Assembly: GCA_002104905.1 (NCBI GenBank)
Contig: MCFE01000612.1
Coordinates: 1 to 52,960, forward strand
Length of the DNA: 52,960 nt
Direction: 5' to 3'
Source: Basidiobolus meristosporus CBS 931.73
Lineage: Eukaryota; Fungi; Basidiobolomycota
Shown here: positions 1-13,770 of the stretch, one piece after another
Layout: every line of letters starts with the position of its first letter
Position numbering within the stretch: position 1 is the first letter of the stretch
Translations under genes and position numbers: made by a program
The notes under the pieces: generated by a model
Told to the model about the DNA's origin: nothing
The model's input: only the letters and a program-made list of their open reading frames with translations
Database searches by the model: none

Positions 1-1527
1 TCTGGCTCGGTTGGCTGCGACGCCAACAGCATCTTGATCCGCTCCAACTCCTTAGCCTGCTCCTTGATCACGCGATTCTGGTCCTTCAATTGTTTGAATA
101 CGCTCACCTTGTGATCCTCCGATGACGCCACGTATCTCTGAAACATCTTGGAGCAGGCCGACACCACCCCCGCCTCGGGCTCGAAGGACTTGATGTTGTC
201 GCTGATATGAAAAACCGCATTCCTCAGGTTGGTGGGCCTAGCAACGGCCATGAAGACAATCGCCCCAGTCTGCTGCTCGATCTGTTTCGCCTGAAGTGGG
301 GATCGGGTTAGCGAGGGAGGTGGGGACGTTTTGCCGCCCGACACATACCTTTTGGATCATCCTTCTGGTCGCTTTGAAATAGGTTTGAGCTCTGGAGCGG
401 CTGCTGGTGAGGAACTGGTATTGTTTCTGGTTTTTGGCCCCGGAGGCTCCGCTGGCCACTTGGTTACGAGAATCTTCTAATACACGTCAGTCAAGTGCAC
501 CGGGAAGGAAAGTGGCCGATATTTACTCTGTGTCTCCTCATCGGATTCGGAGCTAGGGATGGACAACATCTTCGGGTCGACTTCGTTCAGTCGCTCGCTT
601 GGATCTTGATCCATGAAATACTGAAAGCTCTCCCAGTTGAGCTCGGGTAATAGGATCCCTTCGGTTGTGCCGCTCGCCACGTTAGGCTGTGCCCGGCTGT
701 CTTGGCTACGCACGGCCCCCTCTATACTGAACGGTTAGCAGACCGCCCGTCACAACCTTATGTCGCATCTCTTTACCGTTCCCGTTGGCTTCTAGAAAAT
801 TCCCGGACAATATGCTGTCCAATTCTTCGGTAGTGCACCGAGCCCCGGTCGACTCGATTTGAGCCTGAATCTCGGGCAGAGTGGCTCCTGCTCACGCCGT
901 AAGCCTTTGTACAAGCAATGCGAAGTTTGAAGAACCTACCGTGAGCCTCGGAGATATTTTTGATCCACACCCGGACTAGGGTCGAGTGCTCCTTGAAGCG
1001 CCCTTGCACGGCAAGAAAGAGCTTCTCGATGTCGGAGAGATAAGTCGAACGCAAGATGGGTAAGAAGGGTGGGTAGCCGTAACGGGTTCGCAGATAGGTA
1101 TTGAGCTGGCCTATGTTGGTAAATTCGTTGATGTCTTTGAAAGGTTTAGCATCCGCCTGGGAACAAGTTGGGGAAACTCACTGACCCAGGATCTGCTCTT
1201 CCGTCGAGAGATCGTCCAGTTCGGGGATTAGGAGATTGGCATTTCCACGCTGGGGTACAGAATCGAAGGGATTTGCAACCGCCCTTTCGGGAGAATGGTG
1301 GGCGGAGTTTAGGCTAGAAAGGTCTTCTGGAAACTTAACAGGGCTTGGCGAGTTAGGGTTCTTGTCACGCAATGTTGCTTACCATTTAAGGCTGGGGGGT
1401 CCGAACTGGAAAAACTTTCCACCTGCCCACTAATTACGCCGGGTGATTGAGATAGCCTGCTGCAAGTGCAAGGTGCCGCTCGATCGACTCGGTGATCACA
1501 CACGCAAAGATCCTCTGGCCCATTCAT
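1..1527 (-). CDS. Hypothetical multi-exon protein, 3' end beyond the window
   Basis: Several minus-strand ORF segments (1309-1527, 1178-1372, 773-1054, 477-713 and an open frame running off position 1) look like exons. No family recognised and the exon structure is not resolved. Confidence 0.35.
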
Positions 1528-1845
1528 ACTGAAGCAAGCACACCTACTGTGAAGCGGGAGCTGAGATAAATAACGTCCAGGTTACAGTAGAAAACCCGGG
1601 ACCCAGCCGGGGTCTGCACTTATATGGGACCCAGAGAGAATCAGGGATTTAATTATCATGCATTTATTATCGATGGCATGAATGGTGACTAGTGACTAGC
1701 TAACATCATGAAATGAATCGATCATAGTGCAGCGGGAGGATGATGTCCAACAATTCATTCAAGTGCCATCGAGTTCATGGAAAATATCTACCAGGATGCT
1801 CTAAAGTTCTGGGCTCGATCTCACCAGGGATGATGCTGGACACTG

Positions 1846-2848
1846 CTAGTCTTTATCGTATGGTCTCTCCAATTTCCATTCTCCCTCGGCGCCCATCTTT
1901 TTCAGGAGTTGGTCGGCCGCGTTCAGTTGCTCCTCTGAAGGCTTGTAGTGTCCGCTGGCATTGGTCAACTCCTGGAGTTCGCCGTGCGATACCGCAACAG
2001 TCCCGGCGCATAGAACCGGCCCACCGGCCAGGAAAGTGGAGTGATGAAAGCGCCCGGCAACCTTTCGTGCCATGTAAATAACCATATCTGGCCCAATCAC
2101 GTAGATCCCTTCGAAGCCTTTGATGTAGGTCTTCGGCAAGTGTATGAGCTCGCCACTCTTCTTATAGATCAGCTTCCCTTCATCATTTACACCCACCACG
2201 TAGTCCTCTCGCTCCTCAGGCTCCAGTATGGTTACAGAGGTGAATTTCTCCAGAAGCCGCATGAGCCAGAGCTTAGGGTGGGACCTATAACCTTTTTCTA
2301 TATCCAACCAGGTAAAGAAATCCTGGTCCGTATCCAACGATTGCCAGACTTTATGATGCTTGGCTAACGCGCCTCCCCACCTGTGCTTAGGGTCGAGGAC
2401 TTCCAACCAATATTGTTCATCCATTGGCTTCACCTCCTCATTGTCGGCATTTGCTTTGCTCTAGAAAGGGAAAGAATTAGCTCTTCGTGACTTGACACAT
2501 TCATTGGTCGAGACGCACCTTCCAAACCGGCTCCATGATCTCCACCACATCAGCTAGTGGTAAAGTGCCGCCGGCTTTGCTGGTACCTACAACATGGCTA
2601 CGGACTTTATCCCACAGCTCTCTGGCTCTTTGCTTCCGCTCCTCTTCGCTCTTCTCAGGATTGGCTGGCTTCTCTACTTTGTCCGCCCCACCGCGTTCCG
2701 AAGCGGCTTCCTCATCTGCCGACGCCTTATCGCCTCCTCGTAGAGAGCTCAACAACTTGTGAAAGAGGCTGTGCACACCACCGGAATTATCAGTGCTGTT
2801 GGATTCCTGATTACCTTTATCGTTGGTCAAGGACTCTGGTTCCGACAT
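1846..2848 (-). CDS. IQM-like (IQ calmodulin-binding-motif family) protein, 2 exons
   Basis: Motifs QYWLEVLDPKHRWG, FFTWLD and IYVIG..GRFHHSTFLAGGPVLCAG..TNASGHYKP match the conserved domain of plant IQM and fungal homologues. ATG at 2848 (MSEPES); GT-AG intron at ~2462-2520. Confidence 0.75.
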
Positions 2849-3566
2849 GTCCAACCTGGTCCCAAATCGAGTTTTGGTTAGAAGTACGGGTGAGCTAGGT
2901 AGAAAGCAAATTTCATTAGTGGGCGTCACTTCATCCCGATATGACTGGATATCTCCGCATTCCCGTGACTCCAGAGAGGCTCCTCAGGGCTCATGGGGGC
3001 ATCCATAATTTAACCGGAAATAGCGGATACGATTCGAACACACTGCTCAACCAACATATGAGATCCGCCGGATCCCACCCTCAGCTGAGTGGGTCGGATT
3101 GGCCGAAATCCAACAGGCCCAAGTGCAACTCGGTCCTGCCAATGGCATTAGGTTCGTACTAAACCAGTTCAGCGCTGCCCCTCAAAACCTACCAAATCAC
3201 GGGCATTTCGGGGCCGCTACATCATGCAGTTGGTCACATTGGCCAACTGCACGTTAATCATACAGCTGCTGCTTTCCAATCAAGCCGCCGACTGCGGGGG
3301 ACGGCAGGCTTCTGTAGTGCAACCTCGGCTGCGTTTTCTCTATACGCCACCCATCCTGGTTTCCAGGCTACGAGAGGCAACTATGCTGGACATCTTCAGG
3401 TGGCATCGCCGGTGGGCAAAGTTCATTGTGCATGAAATCAATTTATTAAAGTGCAGAAAGTACCAAGTGAAATAGTAACGCGATCGCTAAATCGTATGCA
3501 GTGTCTCCGCCAATTGAATGAATCGAGGGAAATGTGGTTTTGATGGTGCGCCTAGGAGGGGGCACC

Positions 3567-4727
3567 TTAGTTCTTCTCGTTCAGCCATTTGTAGACAATG
3601 CTGAAGTCCTTGCGCTCGTAGCCAGTGGTTTTCATGACCTGGTGGTAGACTTGATGTGCTAAGCCACCGAGCAAAACGGGTGTCTTGGAGTCGTTGGCTG
3701 CATTGATGGCCAATCCCATGTCCTTGGCCATGAGAGAGATTCCAAATCCTCCGTCATATTCCTTGCTGGAGGGGGCAGTTGGTACGATTCCTGGGCAAGG
3801 ATTGTAGACTTCCGAAGACCAGCATCTACCGGTAGATGTGTTGAGGATGGAGGCCAACAGCTTGGGGTCCATTCCTAGCTTGACACCCAAGTTCATGGTT
3901 TCCGAAACACCCATCATGCTGATACCAAGGAGCATGTTATTGCAGATCTTGGCTACTTGGCCATTACCGCTGCTTCCACAGTAAACGATGTTCTTTCCCA
4001 TGTTTACGAGGACCTTCTTGGCGCGCTCGAAATCTTGCTCGTTGCTGCCACCACACATAAAGGTCAGTGTACCAGCTTCAGCGCCAGGCACGCCGCCAGA
4101 AACTGGCGTGTCCAAGGCAACACTGCCGGCCTCCCCGACCCTCTTGGCAACTTCTTGCGCGACCGAAGCATCGATAGTACTGGAGTCCAGCACCAGCGAT
4201 CCTTTCTTCAATCCCTTCAACACGCCATTGGGGCCAAGGTAAACTTCCTTGACATGTGGGGAAGCTGGGAGCATGGTGATGATTACAGAAGCTTTTTCAG
4301 CCACCTCCACTGGGGATTTCGCGATCTCGACGCTTCGATCAGAATTCAGAGCGGTGAATTTGCTGAGGGCCCCGCTGTTGGCATCGTGAATCACAAGAGG
4401 AGCACCGCTCTTGCGAATAAGGTTGTTTGCCATATGGAAACCCATCTGTCCAAGGCCGATAAATCCGATGGTTTCAGCCCTCTAGAAAACAAACTGGTGA
4501 GCAAAGAGACCCAGTTACCCCTCGCTAGAATCCCCTGAAATCTTACCTTGTCTGTTGAGCATCAATGGAAAGAGAAACATGCGTTAGTTCAGTGGAAAAA
4601 CCCCCGATTTTACCGCCACTTGCCACTTACCACTGGAATAGAAACGACGAGACACTTGAGAAAGGGTGCGGGCATTACGGAAAGCAGCAGAACCGCGGGT
4701 AGAAACGATACCGACAAACAATTGCAT
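3567..4727 (-). CDS. HIBADH: 3-hydroxyisobutyrate dehydrogenase, mitochondrial
   Basis: MGFHMANNL, IITMLP, LDTPVSGG, AGTLTFMCGG, KICNNMLLG and GFGISLMAKD motifs. Upstream exon MQLFVGIVSTRGSAAFRNARTLSQVSRRFYSS resembles a mitochondrial presequence. Confidence 0.93.
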
Positions 4728-5320
4728 GATTTGGAGTGTACACAGGCTTGATAGAAGCAGAGGATGATTGACAAACAAGGAGGGATACTCTCTATTTAAA
4801 AGAATTCCCCTATTACCATGGCTTGCAATCGGATAGAGCGTGAGAAACTCATCAATAGCGGTAGAAAAGGCAATTCCATCTGAACCTGTGACTTCTGGGT
4901 AAACGTATGCGCTGAGAGAAATGTCGATAATTTAGGGTGAGATCCCAAAATTCCATGGTAACATTGGGATTTTGGCTACTAGTGCTAAGCCGTGGGAATG
5001 TCAGGCACTCCCAAAGATACACTTGTGACGTATAACCCGATGATTGAAGTAAAACTGGTCAAATACCTGGCCAAGACTGTTTATCCTCATATTTTCCAGC
5101 CAATAGTCAAAATAGCAAACACTCGCCCCTTCAAGGCAGTCTGGAGGGCGGCAAGCGCATGAACATCCGGTTACAGAAACGCAGACTTGACACTTAGTCC
5201 TATCGAGTTGATTCCGAACCACAGCATTGCAGCAGCCAGTGGTCAATTTTTTATTACTTCGGCACGTATGAGGTGTTACATGGTGGAATAGAAACATGGT
5301 GAGGCAGAGCACTATGCTAA

Positions 5321-6345
5321 TTAACTATTGGTGAACTTTGGGTCTCTTTTTTCGACAAATGCGCCCATTCCTTCGCGCTGATCGTTCTACATGGAGAATT
5401 GGAGCAAGTTAGTTACCGGCCTGCCCAGGGTTCAAATTCCCAGACCACCTACCGTGCCGAAAGTGCTGTGGAATAATCGACGCTCAAACAAAAGGCCAGA
5501 CGCAAGTGGCAACTCAAATGATTGGTTGACCGCCTCTTTAGCCATCTGGACCATGGGCTGGGAGTAGCTGGCGATGATTTCGGCAGTCTTCACAGCCTCA
5601 TTCACGACTTGGTCTACTGGGAAGACTTTGCTGACAAGACCGGCCCTTTCCGCTTCTTCGGCATTCATCATCCAAGTGCCAGTCAGCAGCATCTCCATTG
5701 CCTTCGATTTGCCAACCGCTTTAATAAGACGCTGAGTCCCACCTACACCAGGGATAGTACCTAATTTGATTTCTGGTTGTCCAAATTTGGCTTTCTCCCC
5801 AGCATAAATGATATCGCACATCATTGCTAACTCGCATCCACCCCCCAACTAGGAAATTGATACACCAGCGTTAGTGTGTTAGCAGAGTACCAAGGTAAAC
5901 CAAACAACCATACGGCAAAGCCATTGACTGCAGCTATAATCGGCTTTCGTACAGTGGTAATCTTGGTCCAATGGCCAAGGAGGTTGTTTCGGAGGTTACC
6001 CAGGTAGTTAGTATTGCGCATCTCCTTGATATCGGCGCCAGCTAAGCCACATTCAGCAAGCTAGTCGTTAGAACAAATGGCCGCAGAATACTGCTAACAG
6101 AACGTTGCAAACATACCAGCAAAAGCTTTCTCGCTTCCGGTCAAGACGATGGCGCCGACCTGCTCGTCTTCGTCGAAACGGGCCATGACCTCATTTAGCT
6201 CCTTGAAAAGGTCATCACACAAAGCATTCAGAGCCTTGGGGCGATTCAGGGTAACTAAGCCGACTTTTCCTCGGACTTCAAAAAGAATGTGCTCGTATTG
6301 CTTGTGGTTACCTTGAGCGGTGGGGGAAGAATTGGGGCTCGACAT
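5321..6345 (-). CDS. ECHS1: Short-chain enoyl-CoA hydratase (crotonase family), multi-exon
   Basis: [60 protein letters not shown] and last exon [17 protein letters not shown]. The start codon is uncertain because an upstream exon is possible. Confidence 0.92.
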
Positions 6346-7494
6346 GGTGGTATATTGAAGCAGTGGTACTCTCGAAACTGGCCTACTTGGTAGCAATTAT
6401 TGTTCTTATGGTCCGAGGCTTGTGAAGAACAATACCAGGTTACGTTATTGGCACAGCTGCAAATGATCTGGCTGGGAAATTCTCATACCCCCAAAGCCAC
6501 GTGACCGGCACTCTGTTCCCACTAGAGCATACAACAGCATGATTGTGTACAAGTATCTGACAATTTTGTTCGTTGGATATTTCATTGTAGCCACAGCTCC
6601 TGTGGGGCCACGGTGGCATGCCACCTCACTAATTTCTGAGGGGGGCGGTTGGTAGGGTGGGAATATTGCTTCAATACGTCATTCCGCGTAGGACGCCTAT
6701 TGATCGTCAAGAAACTTTGCCAAATTCCCACCTTTACTCCGCTGCTTGATTGATGTATCGCTCGGTTCTACCATCACCGTTCCATGCCACCATTTCCAAG
6801 ACATCTCCGGAGTCAGGCCTAAACTTAGACAGTGGAGGGTGGAACTCGTATGACCGGCAAGTGGAGTGAATCTAGTGGGAATTGGCACAAGGGGCATTAG
6901 TAATCAGGAGATGTCCTCACGGGCCGGCTGCCCTTGGTCGTCACAGCATGAGCTTCGCTATCTCGTGGTCGGCATTAGCATCAGTTTCACCCTCCCGTAG
7001 CAATACCGCCCGCTCTGGTGATTTCACTTGGCCCAATGCCTCCACTGAATTACCACAATGGCCCACAAGAAGCACACGCCTGATCACGTGGCTCGCTTTA
7101 ATGCATTGGGACAATCAAGATCCCTTGCTCACAAACCTCTAACAAATCGGCCAGTTTCATGGATGCTGATAGAGAAACATGATTCGATTATTAATGAAAT
7201 CAAGGAAAAATTCATCTAGATGCTTGCTTCCTGATAAAATGATTCCCCCTTCCCCTTGATAGGGCCACCCTTCCATTGGCCACCCTATCCCTACTCCCTT
7301 TTTCTGAAGCAATTCGTCCCTTACTTCTCATCAGAAACACTGGCATATAATCTTCCTACTGGTTAGCGAACGTTTGTTTGGAACGGGTCTCTCTATTCAC
7401 CTCCCATCTAAAGCCCATTTCTTCTGTTCCACCAGAGCAATTCTATCTTCTACTCTCACCAGAAATCACTTTACTCACGAAACTCGTCCACAAT

Positions 7495-8472
7495 ATGGCT
7501 TCCAGAGCTGATGCGCCAATCACCAGTGTCCCCGATTCCTATGACTACTCCCTATCTTTCCCACAGGAAGAAGCCGACTTCCCCACTATCATCAAAATTG
7601 ATTTACGAGGCACTCTGGTGCAGGTAGAGCGGGACCTTTTGGTGAACCTACCGGAGAGCATACTACTGGTCATGTTTCCCTATGGCCTCAACCTGGGTAG
7701 AAATCCCATGGATGATGATTCAGAGTTGGATATCGACAACCATTCCTTCAATTACGAGAATGAGAACCTCGTGTATAGTGACTTCAACCCTAGCATCTTC
7801 CAGTATGTCCTGAGCTTCTACACAAGGAGCAATCCCCTTACGCAAGTCTCCACCAGCGAAAATGGAACACTTCAGGCGCTTTTGGGTGGAAACCACCTCA
7901 ACAATCCTTTCTTGAACAAGCAGGCGTTTGTTCTGCTTCGAGAGGAACTAGACTACTTCCCAGTTCCCCCAAAGGCTCGCAATTCTGCAACGGACCTGGC
8001 GGGTGAGACGGAGCCCAGCTTGGACATCGTCAGGATCAAGGTTGAATGTGGGAAACATCTGGTCCAAGAGAAAAACATCTTCAATGGACTTGATAGGCAA
8101 ATTACCCAAGATAACCTTGCTGAGCAGCAACTGGTCGAGATGCTCTGCGCGGCTGGGTTTTCCAAAGACGACCAATGGGGTGTAAGAACCGCCGAGCCTG
8201 CCCGGACAGCAATCATTAGCGTGGCGATGGTCCGACTTCGTACCACTGGACAGCCTGCACAGATGGCAGCTGCTCAAAAGCTCCTGCTCTTTTGGAGAAA
8301 GCCCGCTGTAAGATAGGCCCTAGATATCCGCCTGACTTGACCACAACTGACTGATTTTGCTTTGTAGAGAAAATGCTGGTGGGATGGCTCCGAAGTGAAG
8401 ATCGATGACTTGAATGTGGTTACCAAACTATGGTGTCGCCGTACCTGGACCCTAGAATTAGCGCTCGTCTAA
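7495..8472 (+). CDS. WHI2: Whi2-like general stress response / phosphatase activator (BTB/T1-like fold)
   Basis: IKIDLRGT..LPESIL, LLREELDYF and C-terminal KLLLFWRKPA|RKCWWD..KLWCRRTWTLEL across intron 8308-8367. Confidence 0.8.
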
Positions 8473-8565
8473 GTCGGCGCGTGCACTTCCTGGTCCGGGG
8501 GTTTTCTTGGGTTAGCTTCAGAGCGTGGGCCCGATCTCTTCTTAATCTTCACTAACACGATAACT

Positions 8566-8859
8566 TTACAATCCTGGGATGGCCGGGATAACCAACATAC
8601 ATGGGCAAAGCAGGATTCTCATAATCACTTGTACGACCAGACACAGTAACCTCACGAACTTGTAAAACCACCATTCTGTATAGTTTTCACACTCCATCCT
8701 TGTCCACTTCACACAACCCCTTCCAGAGATCGCCCATCTACCACTGCTCGATGCTCGCTGTATACTTCCAGTCGGATCTAATTGTTGATGTTTCTGGTGC
8801 AACGCTGTTTCCATTTGTTTGACTTGGTGAAATAAATACTTTGGATAAACCATTTTCAT
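8566..8859 (-). CDS. Small hypothetical protein
   Basis: ORF MKMVYPKYLF... with a hydrophobic C-terminus, lying between Whi2 and the methyltransferase. No family recognised. Confidence 0.25.
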   Translation of the reverse strand: MKMVYPKYLFHQVKQMETALHQKHQQLDPTGSIQRASSSGRWAISGRGCVKWTRMECENYTEWWFYKFVRLLCLVVQVIMRILLCPCMLVIPAIPGL

Positions 8860-9045
8860 GTTGGCCTGGGCTTTCCGAGATACAGGTGCACCGTCTCCTC
8901 CGGAGATGGCCACTCTCCAGTTGGCGATGCGTTATTGGAGGCTAGACGATGTTGTGCTACTTTATTTAACGCTTTCCAGGGCTCTTTTCAAACGAAGCAG
9001 AGTACTGGGAAAAGGGACTTGGGGCGAGGCAAAGCAAGCCCTCGA

Positions 9046-12000
9046 TCAGTAATCGTGCTCGAATAAATGCAGCAGGCCTTGCTGTCTCCTAAACGTCAAC
9101 ATGGCACCAAGGGCGAACGCAAGCGAGCGCGGAACCGAGTTTCCTATTGAAGGCAATTTCTTTGTCACGTCCCGCCTCTGCAAACCTATCTATATGTTGG
9201 GAGAATACCGATTATGCGATATTGATCTTGAGGCCGGCCAACTATCTGATCCGAATCCAAAAATCCTAAGGTTTGTTTGTTGGTTTAGGCATGCATTGCC
9301 GACTCGTGTCGAGCGGAGGCTTACCTTGTGCTCGAGCCACTTCACGCACGCTGAGAACGCGGTTCTCCTGGTAATGGAGCACTCTTCCTTGCTGGGTTAG
9401 GCGGAAAACCCATTAGGTCCGGGTGGTGAGGTTACGCAGATCGAAGGGAATCACTTACAAACCCCGTTGGAACACACCGGGTGGTGATGGTTTGGAAGAG
9501 ACCGTCTCTATCGACTCGTCCAAACTGAGTCCCGAGCGAGGTCCCCCGGGCGATTTTCCTTTTGAGCCACGAAGGAAGAACAACCTACATGGTCTGAGAG
9601 GTCAGGAAGTCTTCGCGGCAATCAACCGCGGGTTTGCTTACAGTGTTTCCATTTGGCAATCTCTGCCCGACAAGATATCGATAATCACAGCCAGGTGGGT
9701 ATATGGGAATTTGGTTCACCAGCATCTGCTGCTCGTAGGGAAGAGGAACAACCATGTGATCTGGAAACTCGAAGTGCTTATTGGGGGCTTGGCTTAGTAG
9801 ATTTCTTTGCTGAAGGTCGTGTGCATACTTACCTGGATATGGCCCTCGCCGATGGGCGGTAAATCCCCAATAGCCTCGTCGATTGTTCTCATCGGGAAGC
9901 TAGCAAACATGGGCTCCACTACACCAGGAACTCTAGAACAAGCCTGTTGATCAGAAAACCTGTAGGTTCAATGGAAGCTTCCTGAAATATAACCGACTTT
10001 TCTGTGCTTGGAAGGGTGATCGAGGTTTGCGCGTATCTTGCGTTGGTGCCATGATGTGAGGGCGGTGGAAACAGCGGTAGCTCCTCCCCTTTTGCTAACA
10101 AAACTCAGAGTGGTGCGCTGGATTCTCAAGAACCGTGAGAATGGCACAAACCTGCAGCCCAAAGAAAGAACCGGACCCTGTTTTGAGGGCATCCGTGGTG
10201 AGCAGCGGATATATAGCTCCAACGGACTTGATATCCCATGGCCAACAAGAAGGCGAGGAATATCCGAAATGGGCTTCGTTTTTTTCCGTCCACCTCCACA
10301 GTCACCTTCGGAAAGTTGCTAGACGGAATACCTGGTTATCATTCTGTGGGACCTAGTGGCTCGCCCTCTTGCTCTTACCTGACATTCTCGAGAAGAACGT
10401 ATTTTGGCTCGTAAAATTCGACGAACGAAGCTAGACTAGCTAACAAGGAGTTGTTGCTCTGCGACTGGTCGTTGGATCGATTCAAGTTGAGACTGCTAAA
10501 GCCTTGGCACGGGTTGCCAGCTAAAATCATGTCTACTTCTCCCTAATGATAGTCCAGGTTGGGGTTAGAAAAGCGCTCTGGGCGAGGGCTGCCATGGAAA
10601 CCGCACCTTTTTGGGAGTGCAGGAATTGTTTTTGATGCAGTTTTCAAGGAATAGATTAACACTCTGGTTATAGACCTGGACGTTCTCCCCATAGGCGTTG
10701 GATTTGTAGGTAAAGGTAGCCATGCAGTCGATATCAACCGCCCTAATCGAGAGTTATCGTTAGACCAAGCCCCTTGAGCTCATGAATTCTGCGCCCACCA
10801 TTTGCACTCAAAAAGCCCGGTATCTTGGAGTCCGCGGCCAAACGAGCCGCCGCCACAAAAAAGATCCAGTACTCGCAATTTCTTGTAGCCCGAGCTCTTT
10901 GTCAGGTAAGGAGGAAACCGTTCGGGGATGTTGCAGTCTATCTCTAGCAACCTTTCCCCCTGCTCTTCAAATCGGTACGAAAAGAAATACTGCAACAGGA
11001 GACGTTAAGGTTCAGTCATGCAAGTGAGCTATCCCAAGCTAGTCACCTGTAAACCCGCACCATGGTGTTGCAAGTTGACCGGAAGATGGGAACGCGGGCT
11101 TTTGTACTCTACGTGGCAGAATCTACCGATTTTCCCAAAGTCCTTGAGATTCAGTATATCGTACTTTTCGCAAAAATAGAGCTCGTTGAGAGCGGGCTTT
11201 GGCACTTCGAGCTTGTATTTCTGGCATGTCTCCCTGGCATTAATGAAGTATCTTATGGTCAGCTGCTGCGATCGTGTGTCCACTCGGGTCACCTCGCATA
11301 CTTTGTAGAGCGGCTGGTCACGGTACCGAGTGGGACGAAGCAGAAGTGTATCCCCAACTCTGTATTCCCTGACATTGTAAAGCTCGGATTTGTGCAAGAC
11401 CGAGTCTGAAGTGGCAGCACAGCCACACACCAACACCTTCTTTGAATTAGATAATTCCTCCTGATCGAGTTTCCAGAAGCAACCGTTCAGATGGTCGTAG
11501 AAGAATCTACAGAAGTATACGTGTGGGACGTCTTGTGTGTTCGTGTTGGTTTTAGTGGATCCGGGATTAATAGAATACTGGGCACAATACCTGGACAGGT
11601 GTCTCTGTGGAAGAACACCATACACTTCCGTTTGATGCACGTGATCGGTTGATAGTCGTCACATTGGCAAAATGTCGTGTAAAATAGCTAAGCAGAATGT
11701 GCATTAACATATGAGCCATGCTGAACATCGAACATCGTCGAAACCTCTTTGGGATCCGAGTTTTCTACATCTCCGATGACTGTTTGGCACGACGTGTAAA
11801 GCCATATCATTCGAAAGCTCCCACCCGTCTCATCTTTGATGAGTTGAGTGACCTGAGCTATCCAGCGACCGCCCGCAGACTCCCAACTAGTGAATTTGTG
11901 ACGGTGCAACTCTACAATATCCCCCACCTTGATGGGCATTCCGCCATACACAATCTCGTTGTATAGTCCTTCTTCGAGCAGCAGTGGATCTCTCCACTCG

Positions 12001-13770
12001 ATATCTGAAGGAACGAAATCTATGCCAAACCCGGTGACTGGGTCAAGGTTCTCTGGGGGTGCGTTGCTAGACTCTTCTGGGGAGCAGGCTAGGGTAGATG
12101 TACTATATTAGAACGTCCGCGCCTTGGGGGTTGATGAGTTGCTTACGAAGGTTGATTTTGCGGATATGGCGACCAAATAAGTTCCTAAACCAGAACTCGA
12201 CTTTTGGCGTAGTCAGGGTGTATTCCCGCCACTAAAGACAAATGTTTAACATTGGTGAAGCGTAGTCAACCATTTCAGCTAGAGTGGTACTTTGAGCTTT
12301 GTCGCCACGCGTTGGAACTCTTTTTTCACTACACAGGGATCTATCGGACACGAGAAGGACGGTTAGTGATACGGCATGCCGAAGATAAATCAGGTCTCTG
12401 GCCATGCCATCGAAGAACGGTAGCTGGGCAAACTCTTCGCCTAAAGAAAGAGCCTAGCCATATGGTTAGTCAATTCGCGAAGACTGCATCGTGATAGAAC
12501 CTCGAATACTTGAGACCACAAGAAATTACTATTGGCAGCCACAATGTAACTCAGATCCCCTTGAAATCAAATGGCATCAGCTTGCTTGCCAGCACAAGTC
12601 AATGCAGCAAATGGGTTACTTTCTTCCAGGTAAGATATCCACTTGCTGAAGCTCTCTGGAAAATGAATGTGCCATAGAATTAGCAGGGAGCCTGGTTTGA
12701 AGTAGATTGGCAGCAAGTACCATTTTGCTCATATGTTCTGCAGAGCCATCTATAAAAAGTCTCTATAACACATCAGGTTAGGGGAGCTGGCTACTACCAC
12801 AGGCAGTGACAAGTGGCTAAGTGGACCTTTGATGTCTTTGAACAGCCTTTCTGGGTCTTCCTGGACAAAATCGCTAATACAGCATTAAGTTGTGCATCAG
12901 ACAGGATCAACGAAAGGTACCTTACATGATGTATTTTGTGAACCGGGCCTTCCAACAAAACTTGTACCAGGCCTTGGCATAACTTTGAGATGGGCTTTTT
13001 AGCAGGTACCAAGTGTCATCCTGCACAGTAGACTTGATCCAAATGATGGGTTCCTGAGTACTGGTTCCATATCCCCCAATAGAAAATCCACTATACACGC
13101 CCTATGCGTAGGAACTTGGTCAATGACACAGTTGGGCCAACTCACAGTACAGTCTCAACCTTTTGGCACCATATCAAAGGCAGTGAAGGATCAGAGGTAG
13201 AAAACACACCATCAAAGTATACCTCGAAATCGATATCTTCTGTCAGTTCAATGGGCTGCCCCTTTGCATTGTAGAAAGTGAAACTATCCAAATAAAACTC
13301 ATGGTATTTCTTTTGGCTCTCCTCCTCTGCTATGGCAACCGAATAATTTGTCTTAATTCAAATCCATATCGGATCCACCGTGTTAATGCTGCAGAAAGCA
13401 GAATCCATGTATTCATATGACCTACCAGCAGCTGGACAATTTCTTCCTCGCCCTCCCTGGTGATAGCTCGGTTACTTCTCTCAAACGTCGGGACGAGCAC
13501 TCTCACTGCGCCTGTGCTGGTTCTTCTCCTCTTTATGGGTATCTCCACCACCACAGCTTTCCTCAGCGACGCTTCTCTTACGAACCTCCGCTTTAGGCTG
13601 GCAGTAGTTTGCGTGTTTGCAATATTTAGGAAACGACCTGCTGAACCGGCTACATATACCTCCCTCCTACTGAAGGTCACCGCGGTCTTCTCCTGTCGTT
13701 CCGTGAAATTTAGCTCTTTCGCTTTCCCCCATTTCTTCCTAAAAGAAAGCTTTCTCTGTATTCTGCTCAT
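9046..13770 (-). CDS. dim-2: DIM-2/DNMT1-like C5 cytosine DNA methyltransferase (RFD + two BAH + catalytic domain), many introns
   Basis: RFD-like IWIKSTVQDDTWYLLKSPSQSY (~13,000); BAH IKVGDIV..IWLY (11,688-11,951); second BAH YRVGDTLLL. Catalytic motifs: I LRVLDLFCGGGSFGRGL (~10,830-10,880), IV AGNPCQGFS (~10,510), VI LLENV (~10,385), VIII PQNRVRFF, IX RVLSVREVARAQG, X GNSVP. Exon boundaries are approximate. Confidence 0.85.
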
